Counted from the stretch's first letter, positions 43,813-54,107 are shown. The stretch: 64,000 bases of DNA from an uncultured delta proteobacterium (GCA_963778655.1 CAVZVA010000012.1:160001-224000); one strand, 5' to 3'. Translations and numbers: made by a program. Notes: a model not told the origin generated them from the letters alone.

Positions 43813-45783
43813 TCAGCCCACGCCATGGGTCTGCAGCTGAACGAATTGCCGGTAGGCCCCGTCCGGCTGGGCCATCAGCGCCCGATGCGTCCCGCGCTCC
43901 ACGATCCGCCCGTCCTGCACGAACAGGATCTGCCCGGCGCCGCGCACTGTCGACAGGCGGTGGGCGATGACCAGCACGATGCGCTCCCGGCTGGCCGCCT
44001 CGAGCGCCTCCACCACCCGCGCTTCCGTCTCCGGGTCGAGCGCGGAGGTGGGCTCGTCGAAGATCATGATCGGCGCGTCGCACACCAGCGCACGCGCGAT
44101 CGACAGCCGCTGCTTCTGTCCCACGCTCAGCTTGCCGCCGGCGCGGCCGAGCCGGGTGTCGAACCCCTGGGGCAGGCTGCGGATGAAGTCGTAGATGCCG
44201 GCCGTGGTCGCGGCGCGCACCAGTTGCTCGTCGCTGGCGCCCGGATTGCCGAGCCGCAGGTTCTCCGCCACCGTGGTGTCGAACAGCGTCGTCTCCTGGA
44301 ATACGAACGCGACCTGCGAGCGCAGCGACGCGCACGCGACCGAGGTGATGTCGTGGCCGTCGATCAGCACACGACCCGAATCGGGGCGCAGGTAGCGCGG
44401 CACCATGTATGCGATGGTCGTCTTGCCTGCGCCCGCTGGCCCCACCAGCGCGGTGAGCTGGCCGCGTCGGGCCTCGAAAGTCACGTCCGACAACACCGGA
44501 TGCTCTGGATCGTAGGCGAAGCTGACGTGCTCGAGCGCGACCGAGTCGCGCGCCCGCGGCAGGGCGACCGCGTGCGGCGGGTCCTGCTCTGAGGGCAGAT
44601 CCATCAGCCAGAAGACGCGGTGCAAGCCCGCCGCGTTCTCCTGCACGTTGAACCAGAGCGCGCCCATGTCGTAGGACGAATAGGCGATCGAGCCGAAGTA
44701 GGGCAGCAGCACGCTGAAGTCACCGACGCTGAGCCTGCCGTCGACGATCTCGTCCCCCACGTAGAGAAACACGCGGCCGACCAGCACCGCCCCGAGCACG
44801 ATTCCCACGCCGATCGTCAGCAGCACGAACGCCATGTAGCGGCGATAAGCCTTGAACGAGGCCGCGCTGTCGCGGTCGAAGCGCCCGTGCTCGCGGCGCT
44901 CGCCGCCCAGGCTCTGAACCGCGGTGATGTTGCTCATGCCCTCTTCCAGCGTGCTGGCCGCGACCGAGCCCGCGCTGCGGCTGTGGCTGGCGCTGCGCCG
45001 CACCAGCCCCGCGAACGGCCAGGTGATCAGCAGCACCATCGGCAGGAAGAGCGTGGCGAGCAGCGCCACCGGCGACGTGATCCCGTAGACGGAGGCCAGC
45101 ACGGCTACCGTCAGCAGCACGTTGAGCGGCGAGGTGATCGGTGTCAGCAGCACGCGCAGGCACACCAGCGTGATCGCCGGCGTGTCGTACATCACGCGGT
45201 AGACGGCGTCACCGATGCGCTCGTCGTCGAAGGTCGTCATTGGCAGCGACTGCACGCGCTCGTAGAGCCGCGAGCGGTAGTGGTGGTTGATCATCTGGCT
45301 CAGGCGCATGGTCCAGCGAAACTCGAACAACCCGAGCAGGCCGCCGACGTAGCTGAAGCCGAAGTTGGCCTGGTTCTCGGTCTGCGTGGCCGTGTCCTGG
45401 CCGGCGCCGAGCTCGGCCTGGGTCAGCGCACGCTCGAAGCCGCTGGTGCCGAACGCGCCGATCACCAGCAGCAGCACCAGCTCGACCACGATCGACGCGA
45501 TCAAGATCACGATCTTGTCGGAGTGCGCCAGGGCGTGCACGAACGGCGCGACGAAGAACGGGTAGGGCCGTGCCTCCTGGCCGATCGCCACGTCGCCGAG
45601 CACGTGGTCGGTCACGATCTTGATCGGCCATGGCAACAGCAGTTGCGGCAGCAGGCTGGCGGTCAGCAGGCCGGCCTTGATCGCGAAGTCGCGCTTGAAT
45701 GGCGCGACGTAGCCGAGCGCCCGGATGACCACCGAAAACGCGGAGGCGGTCCCCGGCGCCACGTTCTCGGCCCGGGCGTTCAT
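43813..45783 (-). CDS. ABC exporter half-transporter (TMD+NBD), subunit 2
   Basis: GPAGAGKTT, LSVGQKQR, IFDEPTS and IAHR; ATGA overlap with the upstream partner. Confidence 0.9.
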   Translation of the reverse strand: MNARAENVAPGTASAFSVVIRALGYVAPFKRDFAIKAGLLTASLLPQLLLPWPIKIVTDHVLGDVAIGQEARPYPFFVAPFVHALAHSDKIVILIASIVVELVLLLVIGAFGTSGFERALTQAELGAGQDTATQTENQANFGFSYVGGLLGLFEFRWTMRLSQMINHHYRSRLYERVQSLPMTTFDDERIGDAVYRVMYDTPAITLVCLRVLLTPITSPLNVLLTVAVLASVYGITSPVALLATLFLPMVLLITWPFAGLVRRSASHSRSAGSVAASTLEEGMSNITAVQSLGGERREHGRFDRDSAASFKAYRRYMAFVLLTIGVGIVLGAVLVGRVFLYVGDEIVDGRLSVGDFSVLLPYFGSIAYSSYDMGALWFNVQENAAGLHRVFWLMDLPSEQDPPHAVALPRARDSVALEHVSFAYDPEHPVLSDVTFEARRGQLTALVGPAGAGKTTIAYMVPRYLRPDSGRVLIDGHDITSVACASLRSQVAFVFQETTLFDTTVAENLRLGNPGASDEQLVRAATTAGIYDFIRSLPQGFDTRLGRAGGKLSVGQKQRLSIARALVCDAPIMIFDEPTSALDPETEARVVEALEAASRERIVLVIAHRLSTVRGAGQILFVQDGRIVERGTHRALMAQPDGAYRQFVQLQTHGVG

Positions 45784-47735
45784 GGGGCCACCGCCCGGGC
45801 CTGCACGCCCGCCGCGGCCTCTTCGCCCTCGACCAGGCGCCGGTAGGAGCCGCCCGCGCGTGCCATCAACGCCTCGTGGGTGCCGTGCTCGAGCAGGCGG
45901 CCGTCTTGCAGGAAGGCCACCTGATCGGCCCTGCGGATGGTCGAAAGCCGGTGCGTGATCAGAAACAGCGCACGGCCCTTGCCCCACTGCGCGAGGTTGT
46001 CGAGCACGCGCAGCTCGGTGCGCGCGTCGAGCGACGCGGTCGGCTCGTCGAGGATCAAGATCGGGGTGTCCTTGAGCACGGCGCGCGCGATCGACAGCCG
46101 CTGGCGCTGGCCGCTCGAGAGCTTCTGACCGCGCTCGCCGAGCAGTGTGTCGTAGCCATCGGGCAGCTTTTCGATGAACTCGTCCGCGCCCGCCACGCGC
46201 GCCGCTTCGCGCACCTGCTCATCGCTGGCGTCCGGCACCGCGTAGCGGATGTTGTCGCGAATCGTGGTGCCGAACAGCAGGTTCTCCTGCAGGGCGATCG
46301 CGATGTTGGCGCGCAAGCTGTTGAGCTTGAGCTGGCGCAGGTCGACGTCGTCGATGCGGATCGCGCCCGCGGCGGGGTCGTACAGGCGCAGCAGCAGCGC
46401 CATCAAAGTGCTCTTGCCGGAACCGGTCGGGCCCACGATCGCCGTGATCGTGCCGGGCTCGGCGCGCAGGCTCACGTCCTGCAGCGTCGGCCGCGAGTCG
46501 TCGTAGGCGAAGCCGACGTGGTCGAATTCGATCGCTTGCGCGAAGCGCTGCATCTCGACCGCATCCGCGGCATCCTTGACCTCGGGCTCGAGGTCGAGCA
46601 GCTCGAACACCCGGTCGAGCCCGATCGCGATGTCCTGCACGCGGCCCCACAGCTCGAACAGCGAGACTGAGGCCAGCATGCCGTCGCCGATCCGGCCCTT
46701 GAAAGCGTTCCACAGCCCGAGGTTCCACACGCTGAAGCCCAGGAACATCAGGATGCCCTTGGCGTACGGGGTCTTGCCGTGCAGCGTCAACACGGCGGCG
46801 AAGCCGGTGGCGACAATCACCAGCGTGCCGAACGACCAGAAGGCGAGCTGGCGATAGAACACGTAGCGATCGCGCGCGGCATAGGCGTGCGCGAAAGCCG
46901 TCTGGGACGCGGCCTCGAAACGCTTCTGCTCGGCGGGCTCGGCGCCATAGGCTTTGATCACCCGGATCCCCTGCAGGCTGGCCTGGATCAGCGAGGTCAG
47001 CGCGCTGTTGTGCTCGCGCGCCGAGCGGAAACCGACGCGCATGGGGCGCGAGAAGCGGTAGCCGATGAAGAGCATGATCGGCCAGCCCAGCGCGAGCGCA
47101 CCGGCCAGGCGCGGGTCGTCCATGAACACCAGCGCGAGCGAGAGCACGAAGCGGCCGCCGGCCTGCAAGGGCATCAACACCAGCACGTCGATCAGCTGGG
47201 TGACCATCGCGCTGTCCTGGTGCATGCGGTAGATGGCGTCGCCAACCGAGCTGCCGGCGTGGTAGCGCAGCGAGAGCGCCTGCAGCCGGTCGAGCAGCCG
47301 TAGCCGCAGCGACTGGTTGATGCGCTGCAGGATCCACATCCGGTAGTAGTAGAGGCTGAGGAAGCCGGCCGCGCCGATCAGCGCGATCACGACGGTGGTG
47401 CCCACCAGGGCGCGCAGCGCTGCCTTGCGCGCCGCGGCGTTCCAGGGATCGACCAGGTGCAGGTGGAACAGCGCGACGTCGGCCGAGCCCGGCGCCGTGC
47501 CCTTGAGCACGCCGTTCCAGAACATGCCCAGGATGTGAAAGGTCGGATAGATCAACGCGATCGCCAGGACCGCGGCGGCGACCACGATCGCGACCAGGTG
47601 CCAGGCCTCGTCGCGCAGCAGCGAGGTGCAGCGCAGCAGCACCTGAACCACCAGCTTGAAGTGCAGCCGATCCCCGGTCCCACCTGCACCCAGGCGCTTG
47701 AGCTGGTCCTGGGCGGTTTCCGCCGACTGCGTCAT
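45780..47735 (-). CDS. ABC exporter half-transporter (TMD+NBD), subunit 1
   Basis: GPTGSGKST, LSSGQRQR, ILDEPTA and ITHR. Confidence 0.9.
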   Translation of the reverse strand: MTQSAETAQDQLKRLGAGGTGDRLHFKLVVQVLLRCTSLLRDEAWHLVAIVVAAAVLAIALIYPTFHILGMFWNGVLKGTAPGSADVALFHLHLVDPWNAAARKAALRALVGTTVVIALIGAAGFLSLYYYRMWILQRINQSLRLRLLDRLQALSLRYHAGSSVGDAIYRMHQDSAMVTQLIDVLVLMPLQAGGRFVLSLALVFMDDPRLAGALALGWPIMLFIGYRFSRPMRVGFRSAREHNSALTSLIQASLQGIRVIKAYGAEPAEQKRFEAASQTAFAHAYAARDRYVFYRQLAFWSFGTLVIVATGFAAVLTLHGKTPYAKGILMFLGFSVWNLGLWNAFKGRIGDGMLASVSLFELWGRVQDIAIGLDRVFELLDLEPEVKDAADAVEMQRFAQAIEFDHVGFAYDDSRPTLQDVSLRAEPGTITAIVGPTGSGKSTLMALLLRLYDPAAGAIRIDDVDLRQLKLNSLRANIAIALQENLLFGTTIRDNIRYAVPDASDEQVREAARVAGADEFIEKLPDGYDTLLGERGQKLSSGQRQRLSIARAVLKDTPILILDEPTASLDARTELRVLDNLAQWGKGRALFLITHRLSTIRRADQVAFLQDGRLLEHGTHEALMARAGGSYRRLVEGEEAAAGVQARAVAP

Positions 47736-47872
47736 GCTGGCCTTCCCATATAGTCAAGACCCGGGGTCAGCGGAAGAGCGAACACGCGTGCAGGTTTGAA
47801 GAATATGAAAAAAGCGTAGCGGCGGCCCGTGAATCGAGCAGCCAGCGCCCGCGAGCCGGTGAACGGGCGTGC

Positions 47873-49198
47873 TCAGTGGCGGGAACGCCTCGGCGCTTCG
47901 GCACGCGCCAGCGAGCGCAGCGGGAAGTGCACTACCACGTCGAGCGGCGCTTGCGGCGCCCAATCGCTCGAGCCTTTGTCGTCACGCCGGTCCTCGCCGA
48001 CCGACCAGATGGTCAGCTCGCCGCCGTCTTGGGCGATGCGCCACTTCAGCGGCTGACCGTTGTAGGGGTCGCACAGCGTCGGCTCGTTCAAGCTCAAGGG
48101 CTCGCGCGGCGTGCGTTGTCTGCGCGCTCGCTCGGCCAGCGTGGCCAGGCCTACGGTCAGCACCCGCAGCAGCGCCTGGCCGCGCATGTCGTCGTAGAGC
48201 CAGCCCTGCACCGGTGCGGTCGCGTCGGCGACCAGCGGCAGGCCCGAGAGGTTGCGCCACTCGTTTTCGCGCAGCCACGTCTCGAGCGACTGCGGGTAGT
48301 GCGCCGCGCCCAGCGCGCGCCACCTGGCCGGATTGGCGAAGTGCGACCAGGCCTCGAACAGAGCCGGGCGCCGGCGCAGCCGCCGCAGCGCCGAATCGCT
48401 GCTGTCCTTGGGAAACAGCACGGCCAGGTCGCGCAGCTCCACCGCCGCCAGCAGGTCGGCGAGCTCGATCCCGCCGCCGGCGGATGGCGCGTGCGTGGCC
48501 AGCGTGTCGAGCTCACGCGCCGCGCGCAGCACCGCGTCGGCGTCGCCCGCAGCCGCGCAGCGCGTGATCACGGGCGTGGCCACGCTGGTGATGCGCATCG
48601 AGATGCTGGCGGCCTCCAGCGGCGCGCCCGGCACCAGGTCCTGCCCAAGTCGGATCGCGTCCGCCGCGATAGCCATGCACTCCTGCGGCCCCGAGCCCGC
48701 CGCGCGCCCCAGCATCAGCAGGACTGCATCCATCACTTTCGGATAGGCCGGCACGCGCGCCGCGGGGCCCTGCTCGGCCGGCACCTCAGTCATCGCCCAG
48801 CTCAGTCGCGTCGCGGCCCGGAGCCCGTCGATCAGCACGGCGTGCTGCTGCACCAGCGTTTGCAGCTGCGCTGGCAGCGGCTGGCCGTAGAACAGCTGGC
48901 TGGCGAGCGCGTCGCGCTGTTTCCCGTCCAGGCCGTCGAATCCCCGCAACGCCACCAGCGCGGCGACCGCGGCGTTGCCCTCGCCGGCAGCCCCGCGCAG
49001 CACCGGGCGCTCCCAGCGCTGCCGCTTGTAGGTCGCGATCTGCGCGTCGAGCGCCTCGCTCATACGGCGGAAACGCAGCTCGGAGTAGCCGGCGAATCCG
49101 CCCACGATCAGCAGCAGGAGCAGGGTCAGGGTCGCGAGCTTGCTTGCGATGGGGATCTTCCTCCGCCGGCGGGGGCGGCGTGCGGCCGCCCGAAGCAA
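47873..49198 (-). CDS. Hypothetical membrane-anchored protein
   Basis: Basic stretch followed by one TM helix (LATLTLLLLLIVGGFAGY); C-terminal DPYNGQPL…IWSVGEDRRDDKG resembles a pseudopilin-like tail; start uncertain (TTG 49198). Confidence 0.55.
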   Translation of the reverse strand: MLRAAARRPRRRRKIPIASKLATLTLLLLLIVGGFAGYSELRFRRMSEALDAQIATYKRQRWERPVLRGAAGEGNAAVAALVALRGFDGLDGKQRDALASQLFYGQPLPAQLQTLVQQHAVLIDGLRAATRLSWAMTEVPAEQGPAARVPAYPKVMDAVLLMLGRAAGSGPQECMAIAADAIRLGQDLVPGAPLEAASISMRITSVATPVITRCAAAGDADAVLRAARELDTLATHAPSAGGGIELADLLAAVELRDLAVLFPKDSSDSALRRLRRRPALFEAWSHFANPARWRALGAAHYPQSLETWLRENEWRNLSGLPLVADATAPVQGWLYDDMRGQALLRVLTVGLATLAERARRQRTPREPLSLNEPTLCDPYNGQPLKWRIAQDGGELTIWSVGEDRRDDKGSSDWAPQAPLDVVVHFPLRSLARAEAPRRSRH

Positions 49199-49456
49199 TG
49201 ATCTCCCAAAGCGGCCCCCGGGGGCAAATCCGCCTTCGGGGCGCGGCGCTGCGCCAGCAGCCCGAGCGCGCTCGGCGAAGCTCGCGCAGCGCGACGCCCG
49301 CGCCCCGCGGCGCGGCCGGCGCAGCCGCCGCCGGGGGGATGCACGGGGCTGCGAAACGTTGTATGGAGAGCGCCGCCGCGGCGGGCCGCGGGCCCCGAGC
49401 GCGCGGCTCCTCCGGGCGTGGCCGCGGCAACGCCAACAAGCCCTGAGGGACCGATC

Positions 49457-50620
49457 ATGAGCAAGACACGCGCGTATGCGATCACAGCGGACGCGGTGGC
49501 GCGCGAAGCCGAGCGCGCCGGGGGCGACTACGACAAGGTCGACGTCGCCAAGATCATCAAGCTCGACGAGCTCGAGCTGCGGGCGCTCGGCCCCCGCGAC
49601 GTCAAGCTGAAGATCCTGGCGGCGTCGGCCGAGCACAACGTGGGCCACGCCGCGCTCGCCGACACCGTGAACATCACCGCCGCGCGCGGCGGCAAGATCT
49701 ACCCCGGCAACAGCGCGGTGGGCGAGGTGATGGAGGTCGGCCCCGAGGTCACGCGCTTCAAGCAGGGCGACATCGTGCTCACCCACTGCAACGGCGAGCC
49801 TGACGCCTACGGCTACCCGCTGCGCATCTGGGGCTACGACATGCCGGACTCGATCGGCTGGTACTCGGAGGCCGCGGTGGTGGGCGACTGGCAGCTGGTG
49901 CAGGCTCCGCTCGACTGCGGCCTGAGCCTGTGGGAAATCGCGGCGCTGCCGCTGCGCGCGCCCACCGCCTATCACCTGTGGCGGCGCGCGATCGGCATCT
50001 TCCGGGTCAAGGTGCCGCGCGAGCAACGCGCGGTGGTCAACGCGATGAGCTTCGGCGGTGGCGTGGGCGAGCTGTTCCTGATGCTGGCCAAGGCCGAAGG
50101 CCACAACGCGTACTTCTGCTCGGGCAGCCCCGAGCGTCGTGCGGCGCTCGAGAAGCTGGGCATCACCGGCATCGACCAGAAGGCGTTCAATCGCTTCAAG
50201 GGCAAGGACGACATCAAGGCGTTCAACAAGGAGTGCAAGCGCCTGACCAACGACGAGGGCATGCACCTGGTGTGCGACATGCTGCGCGGGCCCGTGTTCG
50301 ACGCTGGACTGGCGGTGGCCGCGCGCTGCGGGGTCAACCTGAGCGCGGGCTGGCAGCTCTCTCAGGTGGTCACCTACAACTCGACGCTGATGTCGGTGAA
50401 GCAGGTGACGATCGATCACACCCATTACGAGACGATCACCGGCGTCGCCGCGGCCACGGAGCTGTACGGCAAGGTCTTCAAACCCACCGTGCACAAGGAG
50501 GTCTACGCGTTCGAAGACCTGCCGCGCTGCATGGCGGAGATGGTCAAGAACGTGCAGACCGGCATCCCGATCATCCGCATTGCCCGCGAGCTCCCGGCCA
50601 AGGTCGCTGGGATCGTCTGA
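49457..50620 (+). CDS. Medium-chain dehydrogenase/reductase (MDR) superfamily protein
   Basis: GroES-like segment YPGNSAVGEVMEVGPEVTRFKQGD and Rossmann segment FGGGVG; the canonical catalytic-Zn Cys/GHE motif is absent. Confidence 0.75.
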   Translation: MSKTRAYAITADAVAREAERAGGDYDKVDVAKIIKLDELELRALGPRDVKLKILAASAEHNVGHAALADTVNITAARGGKIYPGNSAVGEVMEVGPEVTRFKQGDIVLTHCNGEPDAYGYPLRIWGYDMPDSIGWYSEAAVVGDWQLVQAPLDCGLSLWEIAALPLRAPTAYHLWRRAIGIFRVKVPREQRAVVNAMSFGGGVGELFLMLAKAEGHNAYFCSGSPERRAALEKLGITGIDQKAFNRFKGKDDIKAFNKECKRLTNDEGMHLVCDMLRGPVFDAGLAVAARCGVNLSAGWQLSQVVTYNSTLMSVKQVTIDHTHYETITGVAAATELYGKVFKPTVHKEVYAFEDLPRCMAEMVKNVQTGIPIIRIARELPAKVAGIV

Positions 50621-50627
50621 GAATACG

Positions 50628-50690
50628 AACAGGAAGACGAGAGGACGGGAAGCTCGGAGAGCTCGTCTCCTCCCGCCTCGCTGTGAAATC
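50628..50690. repeat. Short palindromic repeat family C
   Basis: AACAGGAAGACGAGAGGACGGGAAG…CGTCTCCTCCCGCCTCGCTGTGAAATC. Confidence 0.6.
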
Positions 50691-50719
50691 TCTGGATCCG
50701 AGCGCTCCGGCCTGGCCGG

Positions 50720-50911
50720 CTAAATGACCGATCACGATTCGGGAACGGCCATGCCGATCGGTCATGTAGCGGTGCGGCGGATGCCGCACCACCGCGAGAG
50801 GGTGAATGCGCGAGGCTTTGCCTCGCGCACAGGGAGTCGGCGCGACTCCCTGACAATCAAACGAGAAATCAAGGTTTGTGATTCGCGCCCGAATCGCGAA
50901 CGCTGATTTAG
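50720..50911 (-). mobile_element. 192-bp multi-hairpin element, family B copy 2 (inverted)
   Basis: Reverse complement aligns end to end with 36458-36649; ends CTAAAT…ATTTAG. Confidence 0.8.
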
Positions 50912-50938
50912 AGCACCTCAGCCTGATCGGTGCTCTAG
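50909..50938. repeat. Collapsed TAGAGCACC…GGTGCTCTAG palindrome matching the ends of the 56065-56235 element
   Basis: Same 9-bp termini as the element at 56065-56235 with only ~11 nt between the arms; overlaps the rlmN stop codon. Confidence 0.55.
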
Positions 50939-52020
50939 TCTTGCGCAGCGCGGCTGCGGCGGCGGAGCTGGACGTTGCCGAGCTGGCCGCATGCGGCCAT
51001 CACGCTGCGGCCCTTGGTCACGCGCCTGCGCACCGGCAGCCCCTCCTCGCGCAGCCAGCCGATGAAGCGGTCGACCTCGTCGTCGCTCGGCGCGCGCGTC
51101 AGCGGTGCGCTGCCGGGATTGTAGGGGATCACGTGCACCATCACGCGCCCCAGCGGCGCGCAGAAGCGCGCGATGCCCGCAGCGTGCTCGCGCGCGTCGT
51201 TGAGGCCCGGCAGCAGACAGTAGTGGACGCCGAGCGCGAAGTTGCGGCGCGGCCGGTACCGCAGCAGCGCGGCCTGCAGCGCGGCCAGGGAGGTCTTGCG
51301 CGCGACCGGCATCAGCTCGGCGCGCAGCCCATCCTCGGGAGCGTTGAGACTGACGCTGAGATTGAGGCGCTTGAAGCCCTGCGCCGCCAGGCGTGCGATG
51401 GCATCGGCGCGTCCGACCGTGCACACGGTGATGCGCTCCTGTCCGATCGCCAGGCCCGCCGGATCGGTCAGCACCCGCAGGGCTTGCACCACCGCATCGA
51501 AATTGTCGAGCGCCTCGCCCATGCCCATGAACACCAGATTCCGCACCGGCCAGCCGAGCACGTGCCGCGCGAGCAGTAGCTGGCTGACGATCTCCGCGGC
51601 CGTCAGGTTGCGCAGCAGCCCCATGCGGCCGGTCTCGCAGAAGCCGCAGCCCATTTTGCAGCCGACCTGGCTCGAGATGCAGAGCGTGGTGCGGTCGCGC
51701 CCCATCGGCAGCAGCACGCATTCGCACTCGAGCCCGTCGCGCAGGCGCAGCACGGCTTTGGCGGTCAGGCCGGCCGAGGTCGGCTCCCGTGCGACCCGCA
51801 GCAGCTCCGGCAGGGTGAGGCAAAAGCAGCGCCGCCAGGCTGCGGCACGCTCCGCGGCCAGGCCGTGTCGCTCGGGGTCGAAGCGTGCATGCCGCAGCGC
51901 CTCGCGATAGATCGCGGCTGCCACGCCGTGCCCACGCGGCAAGCGCGCGCGCGCGAGCGTGCCGAGCTCGGCCCCGGTCACCCCGGCCAGGTCCACCGGC
52001 AGCTCATCGGGCGCGCTCAT
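50935..52020 (-). CDS. rlmN: RlmN/Cfr-family radical SAM RNA methyltransferase
   Basis: TLCISSQVGCKMGCGFC, FMGMGE, SLNA and AACGQL. Confidence 0.85.
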   Translation of the reverse strand: MSAPDELPVDLAGVTGAELGTLARARLPRGHGVAAAIYREALRHARFDPERHGLAAERAAAWRRCFCLTLPELLRVAREPTSAGLTAKAVLRLRDGLECECVLLPMGRDRTTLCISSQVGCKMGCGFCETGRMGLLRNLTAAEIVSQLLLARHVLGWPVRNLVFMGMGEALDNFDAVVQALRVLTDPAGLAIGQERITVCTVGRADAIARLAAQGFKRLNLSVSLNAPEDGLRAELMPVARKTSLAALQAALLRYRPRRNFALGVHYCLLPGLNDAREHAAGIARFCAPLGRVMVHVIPYNPGSAPLTRAPSDDEVDRFIGWLREEGLPVRRRVTKGRSVMAACGQLGNVQLRRRSRAAQD

Positions 52021-52027
52021 GGCCGGT

Positions 52028-52058
52028 TAGTCCCCTGGAACCTGTTTCCAGGGGACTA
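52028..52058. repeat. TAG-bounded mini-palindrome directly upstream of rlmN
   Basis: TAGTCCCCTGGAA-cctgt-TTCCAGGGGACTA, 13-bp perfect stem. Confidence 0.55.
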
Positions 52059-52125
52059 GCCTGACCGAGCATCGAGGCCCGCGCCAGAGCACGAGGGGCC
52101 GTCGCTGGTTTTGGCCGCCGTCACG

Positions 52126-52476
52126 CTACCCGCCCTTGCGCTCGCCGCCCTCGTCCGGCTCCTGCTGCGCCAGGTGCTTGACGAACTTCTCGTACGCGTC
52201 CTCGCCCTTGTCGAAGCCGACGATGCGCAGGCCGAGCCCGGTCTGCTCGCCTGCCTTGGCCTCGCCGCACCACATCACTTCCATCTTCAGCTCGATCGAG
52301 CCCTCGTCACCCTCGAATGCGACCTTGAGCTGCTCGCCGATCTCGTGCTGGCCCTCGGCGACGATGAACATCCCGCTCTTGCTCATGTTGCGGGCTTCAG
52401 CCATGGCGCCCTGGCCCTCGCACCAGAGCCTTTGGTTGCTCTCGAATCGCGGATCGCGCCGTTTGTCGCTGCTCAT
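52126..52476 (-). CDS. Single-domain PilZ protein
   Basis: RRDPR (RxxxR) and NMSKSG (D/NxSxxG) c-di-GMP-binding motifs. Confidence 0.85.
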   Translation of the reverse strand: MSSDKRRDPRFESNQRLWCEGQGAMAEARNMSKSGMFIVAEGQHEIGEQLKVAFEGDEGSIELKMEVMWCGEAKAGEQTGLGLRIVGFDKGEDAYEKFVKHLAQQEPDEGGERKGG

Positions 52477-52640
52477 GGTGTCCGTTTGCGGTGAGTGTGG
52501 GTGTAGGCGTGTAGTGTAGGCTCAACTTGCAGGGCCACCCCAAAATTCTAGCACAGCCCCGTGCATCGGCGACCGATTCGCGCGCGCCGGGTGAAAGTGA
52601 CACCCTGGCAGCGATTGCGTAAGCTGGACCCCCAGACGGA

Positions 52641-54107
52641 GTGAACGGCCAGGTGGCGGAGCGGACCATGCCGCGGGTCGGTGACGTGGTCGCCGGCAAG
52701 TACCGCATCGAGGAGATCATCGGCGAGGGCGGCATGGGGGCCGTGTTCGCCGCGACCCACACGCTGACCAGCAAGCGGGTCGCGCTGAAGTGGATGCTGC
52801 CCGAGCTGGCCACCGATCAGGCCGCGGTGCAGCGCTTCATGCGCGAGGCCCAGGCCGCGGGCCGCATCGATCATCCCAACGTGGTCGCGATCTTCGACGT
52901 GGGCGAGCACGAGGACTCGATGTTCCTCGTGATGGAGTACCTATACGGCGAGACCCTTACCGCCGCCGAGCGGCGCGGCGGGCTCGAGGCGCGCCAGGTC
53001 ATCCAGGTGCTGCTGCCTGCGATGCGCGGGGTTGCAGCCGCCCATGCCAAGGGCGTGGTGCACCGTGACCTCAAGCCGGACAACATCTTCCTGTGCCGTG
53101 GCCCCGACGGTTCGTTTCGCGAGCCGAAGGTGCTCGACTTCGGCATCTCCAAGGTGTCCTCGACCGGCGAAGGCCAGCCGATGAACCCGCGCCTGACTCG
53201 CACCGGCGCGGTCATGGGCACGCCCTACTACATGTCGCCCGAGCAGATACGGGGCTCTTCGGAGGTGGACGAGCGCACCGACGTGTACGCGTTCGGCGTG
53301 ATCTTGTACGAGGCGCTCACCGGGCACGTGCCGTTCGACGCCGACGCCTACAGCGCGCTGATCCTCGAGATTGCGACCGGCACGCCGACGCGACCTCGAG
53401 AGCTGCGCCCCGAGTTGCCGCAGGCGCTCGAGACAGTGGTGCTCAAGGCGATGGCGCGCGAGCCGGAGCAGCGTTACCAGAGCGTCGAGAGCCTGGCGCG
53501 CGCGCTCGAGCCGTTCGCCGAAGGCATGACCTTCCGGGTGGACCGCCCCGACCCCACCGGTCGCGCGCTCAGCGGCCTGGGAACGGCCGCCACGCCTTAC
53601 ACCTCGGAGATTCCGGCGGCGCCCATGAAGGTGCCGGTGCGGCGCGGCGCCGTGAGCATCGTGGTGGCGCTGGCGGTGCTGCTTCTGGGCGGCGGCGTCT
53701 GGGCCTACACGCACATGGGCGCGTCCGGGCCGGCGGCCAACGTGGTGCAGCCGGCGGTCGCGGCCGCGCCGCCAGCCTCGCCGGAGACGCCGGTTGGACC
53801 CGCGGCGGAGCCCCCTGGGCGCGCCGTCGCGAGCACGCCGGCGCTCGGTGCTCTGCCGCAGCACCCGGATGCGGGTGCGGTCAAGCTTGCGCCCAGAGTG
53901 GGTGCGTCCGAGGACCAGGAGGCGCCGGCCACGGCGGCGCGGCGGCCGGCCGAACAGCAGCCGGCGGCCCGGGCGGAGCGCGAGCACGGCCGGGCGCACG
54001 AGCGCGGGCGCACGCATCACCGCGCCGAGCCGGAGCCTTCCGCGCCGCCCCCGCAGCACCGTTCCCCCGCAGGCCGCACCGGCGAGATCAACGTCAACCA
54101 GTTCTGA
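52641..54107 (+). CDS. Membrane Ser/Thr protein kinase
   Basis: GEGGMG, VALK, HRDLKPDN, DFG and GTPYYMSPE; TM helix and Pro/Ala-rich tail. Confidence 0.92.
   Translation: MNGQVAERTMPRVGDVVAGKYRIEEIIGEGGMGAVFAATHTLTSKRVALKWMLPELATDQAAVQRFMREAQAAGRIDHPNVVAIFDVGEHEDSMFLVMEYLYGETLTAAERRGGLEARQVIQVLLPAMRGVAAAHAKGVVHRDLKPDNIFLCRGPDGSFREPKVLDFGISKVSSTGEGQPMNPRLTRTGAVMGTPYYMSPEQIRGSSEVDERTDVYAFGVILYEALTGHVPFDADAYSALILEIATGTPTRPRELRPELPQALETVVLKAMAREPEQRYQSVESLARALEPFAEGMTFRVDRPDPTGRALSGLGTAATPYTSEIPAAPMKVPVRRGAVSIVVALAVLLLGGGVWAYTHMGASGPAANVVQPAVAAAPPASPETPVGPAAEPPGRAVASTPALGALPQHPDAGAVKLAPRVGASEDQEAPATAARRPAEQQPAARAEREHGRAHERGRTHHRAEPEPSAPPPQHRSPAGRTGEINVNQF

Noticed and set aside
49199..50494. N-terminal half of the 873-aa minus-strand ORF
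   Set aside because: It is mostly the antisense shadow of the MDR gene; only the part from about 49198 looks like real protein.
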